Shown here piece after piece: positions 50,287-50,595 of a stretch of DNA of 50,595 bases. The notes below the pieces were generated by a model that ran no database searches, was not told where the DNA came from, and was given only the letters and a program-made list of their open reading frames with translations. The stretch comes from Myxococcales bacterium (GTDB taxonomy: Bacteria; Myxococcota_A; Polyangia; Polyangiales; Polyangiaceae): contig JAYTOU010000006.1 in assembly GCA_043747615.1 (NCBI GenBank), positions 1-50,595 of the forward strand, read 5' to 3'. The first letter of the stretch is position 1; each line of letters starts with the position of its first letter. The position numbers and the translations under genes are program-made.

Positions 50287-50595
50287 TTGGCACCCAGACG
50301 TAAGCTCGATCTCAAGAAGACGCTCTTCTTGCTTCCGAACATGATCACGCTCTCGAGCATCTTCTGCGGCTTCGATTCGATCCGTCTGAGCGGCGCCGCC
50401 ACCGCCGACGACGATTTTTACCGCGCCTCCCTGCTCTTGGTCTTTGCCCTCTTCTTCGACATGCTCGACGGCCGCGTGGCGCGCCTCACGAAGACGGAGA
50501 GCGCGTTCGGTCTGCAGATCGATTCGCTCGCCGACGTCGTCTCGTTCGGCGTTGCGCCCGCGCTCCTCGTCTACCGCTGGTCGCTGTACCAAAAA
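50287..50595 (+). CDS. pssA: CDP-diacylglycerol--serine O-phosphatidyltransferase, partial (3'-truncated)
   Basis: Hand translation LLPNMITLSSIFCGF...FFDMLDGRVARLTKTESAFGLQIDSLADVVSFGVAPA (CDP-alcohol phosphotransferase motif). TTG start after GGGAG. Confidence 0.92.
   Translation, partial: MAPRRKLDLKKTLFLLPNMITLSSIFCGFDSIRLSGAATADDDFYRASLLLVFALFFDMLDGRVARLTKTESAFGLQIDSLADVVSFGVAPALLVYRWSLYQK

Overview
GC-rich, gene-dense bacterial chromosomal window. It is very probably Myxococcota, possibly Polyangiaceae/Labilithrix-like; this is an inference from a MYXO-CTERM tail, two Hanks-type kinases, TSP3-OmpA and many Cys-rich or DxG-rich lipoproteins. About 45 CDSs are supported. They include rpmH-rnpA-yidD-yidC-jag (no adjacent dnaA or mnmE), rsmB, rseP, split purQ/purL, namZ, sthA, udk, ccsA-hemA-hemC, cpoB, pssA and several signalling proteins. 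I found no tRNA, rRNA, CRISPR array or mobile element. The best candidate for an undescribed system is a tightly coupled five-gene minus-strand operon at 10062-15467: divergent LpxK-like kinase, FHA-GGDEF cyclase, class III aminotransferase, LuxE and LuxC, with no luxAB or luxD. It could encode an acid-to-aldehyde-to-amine (fatty amine or unusual lipid) pathway. Other observations: recurrent leaderless-type -10 promoters, symmetric bidirectional promoters, a frame-broken MYXO-CTERM protein and a four-domain signalling protein in which three domains are degenerate. All calls come from motif reading only; no database searches were run.
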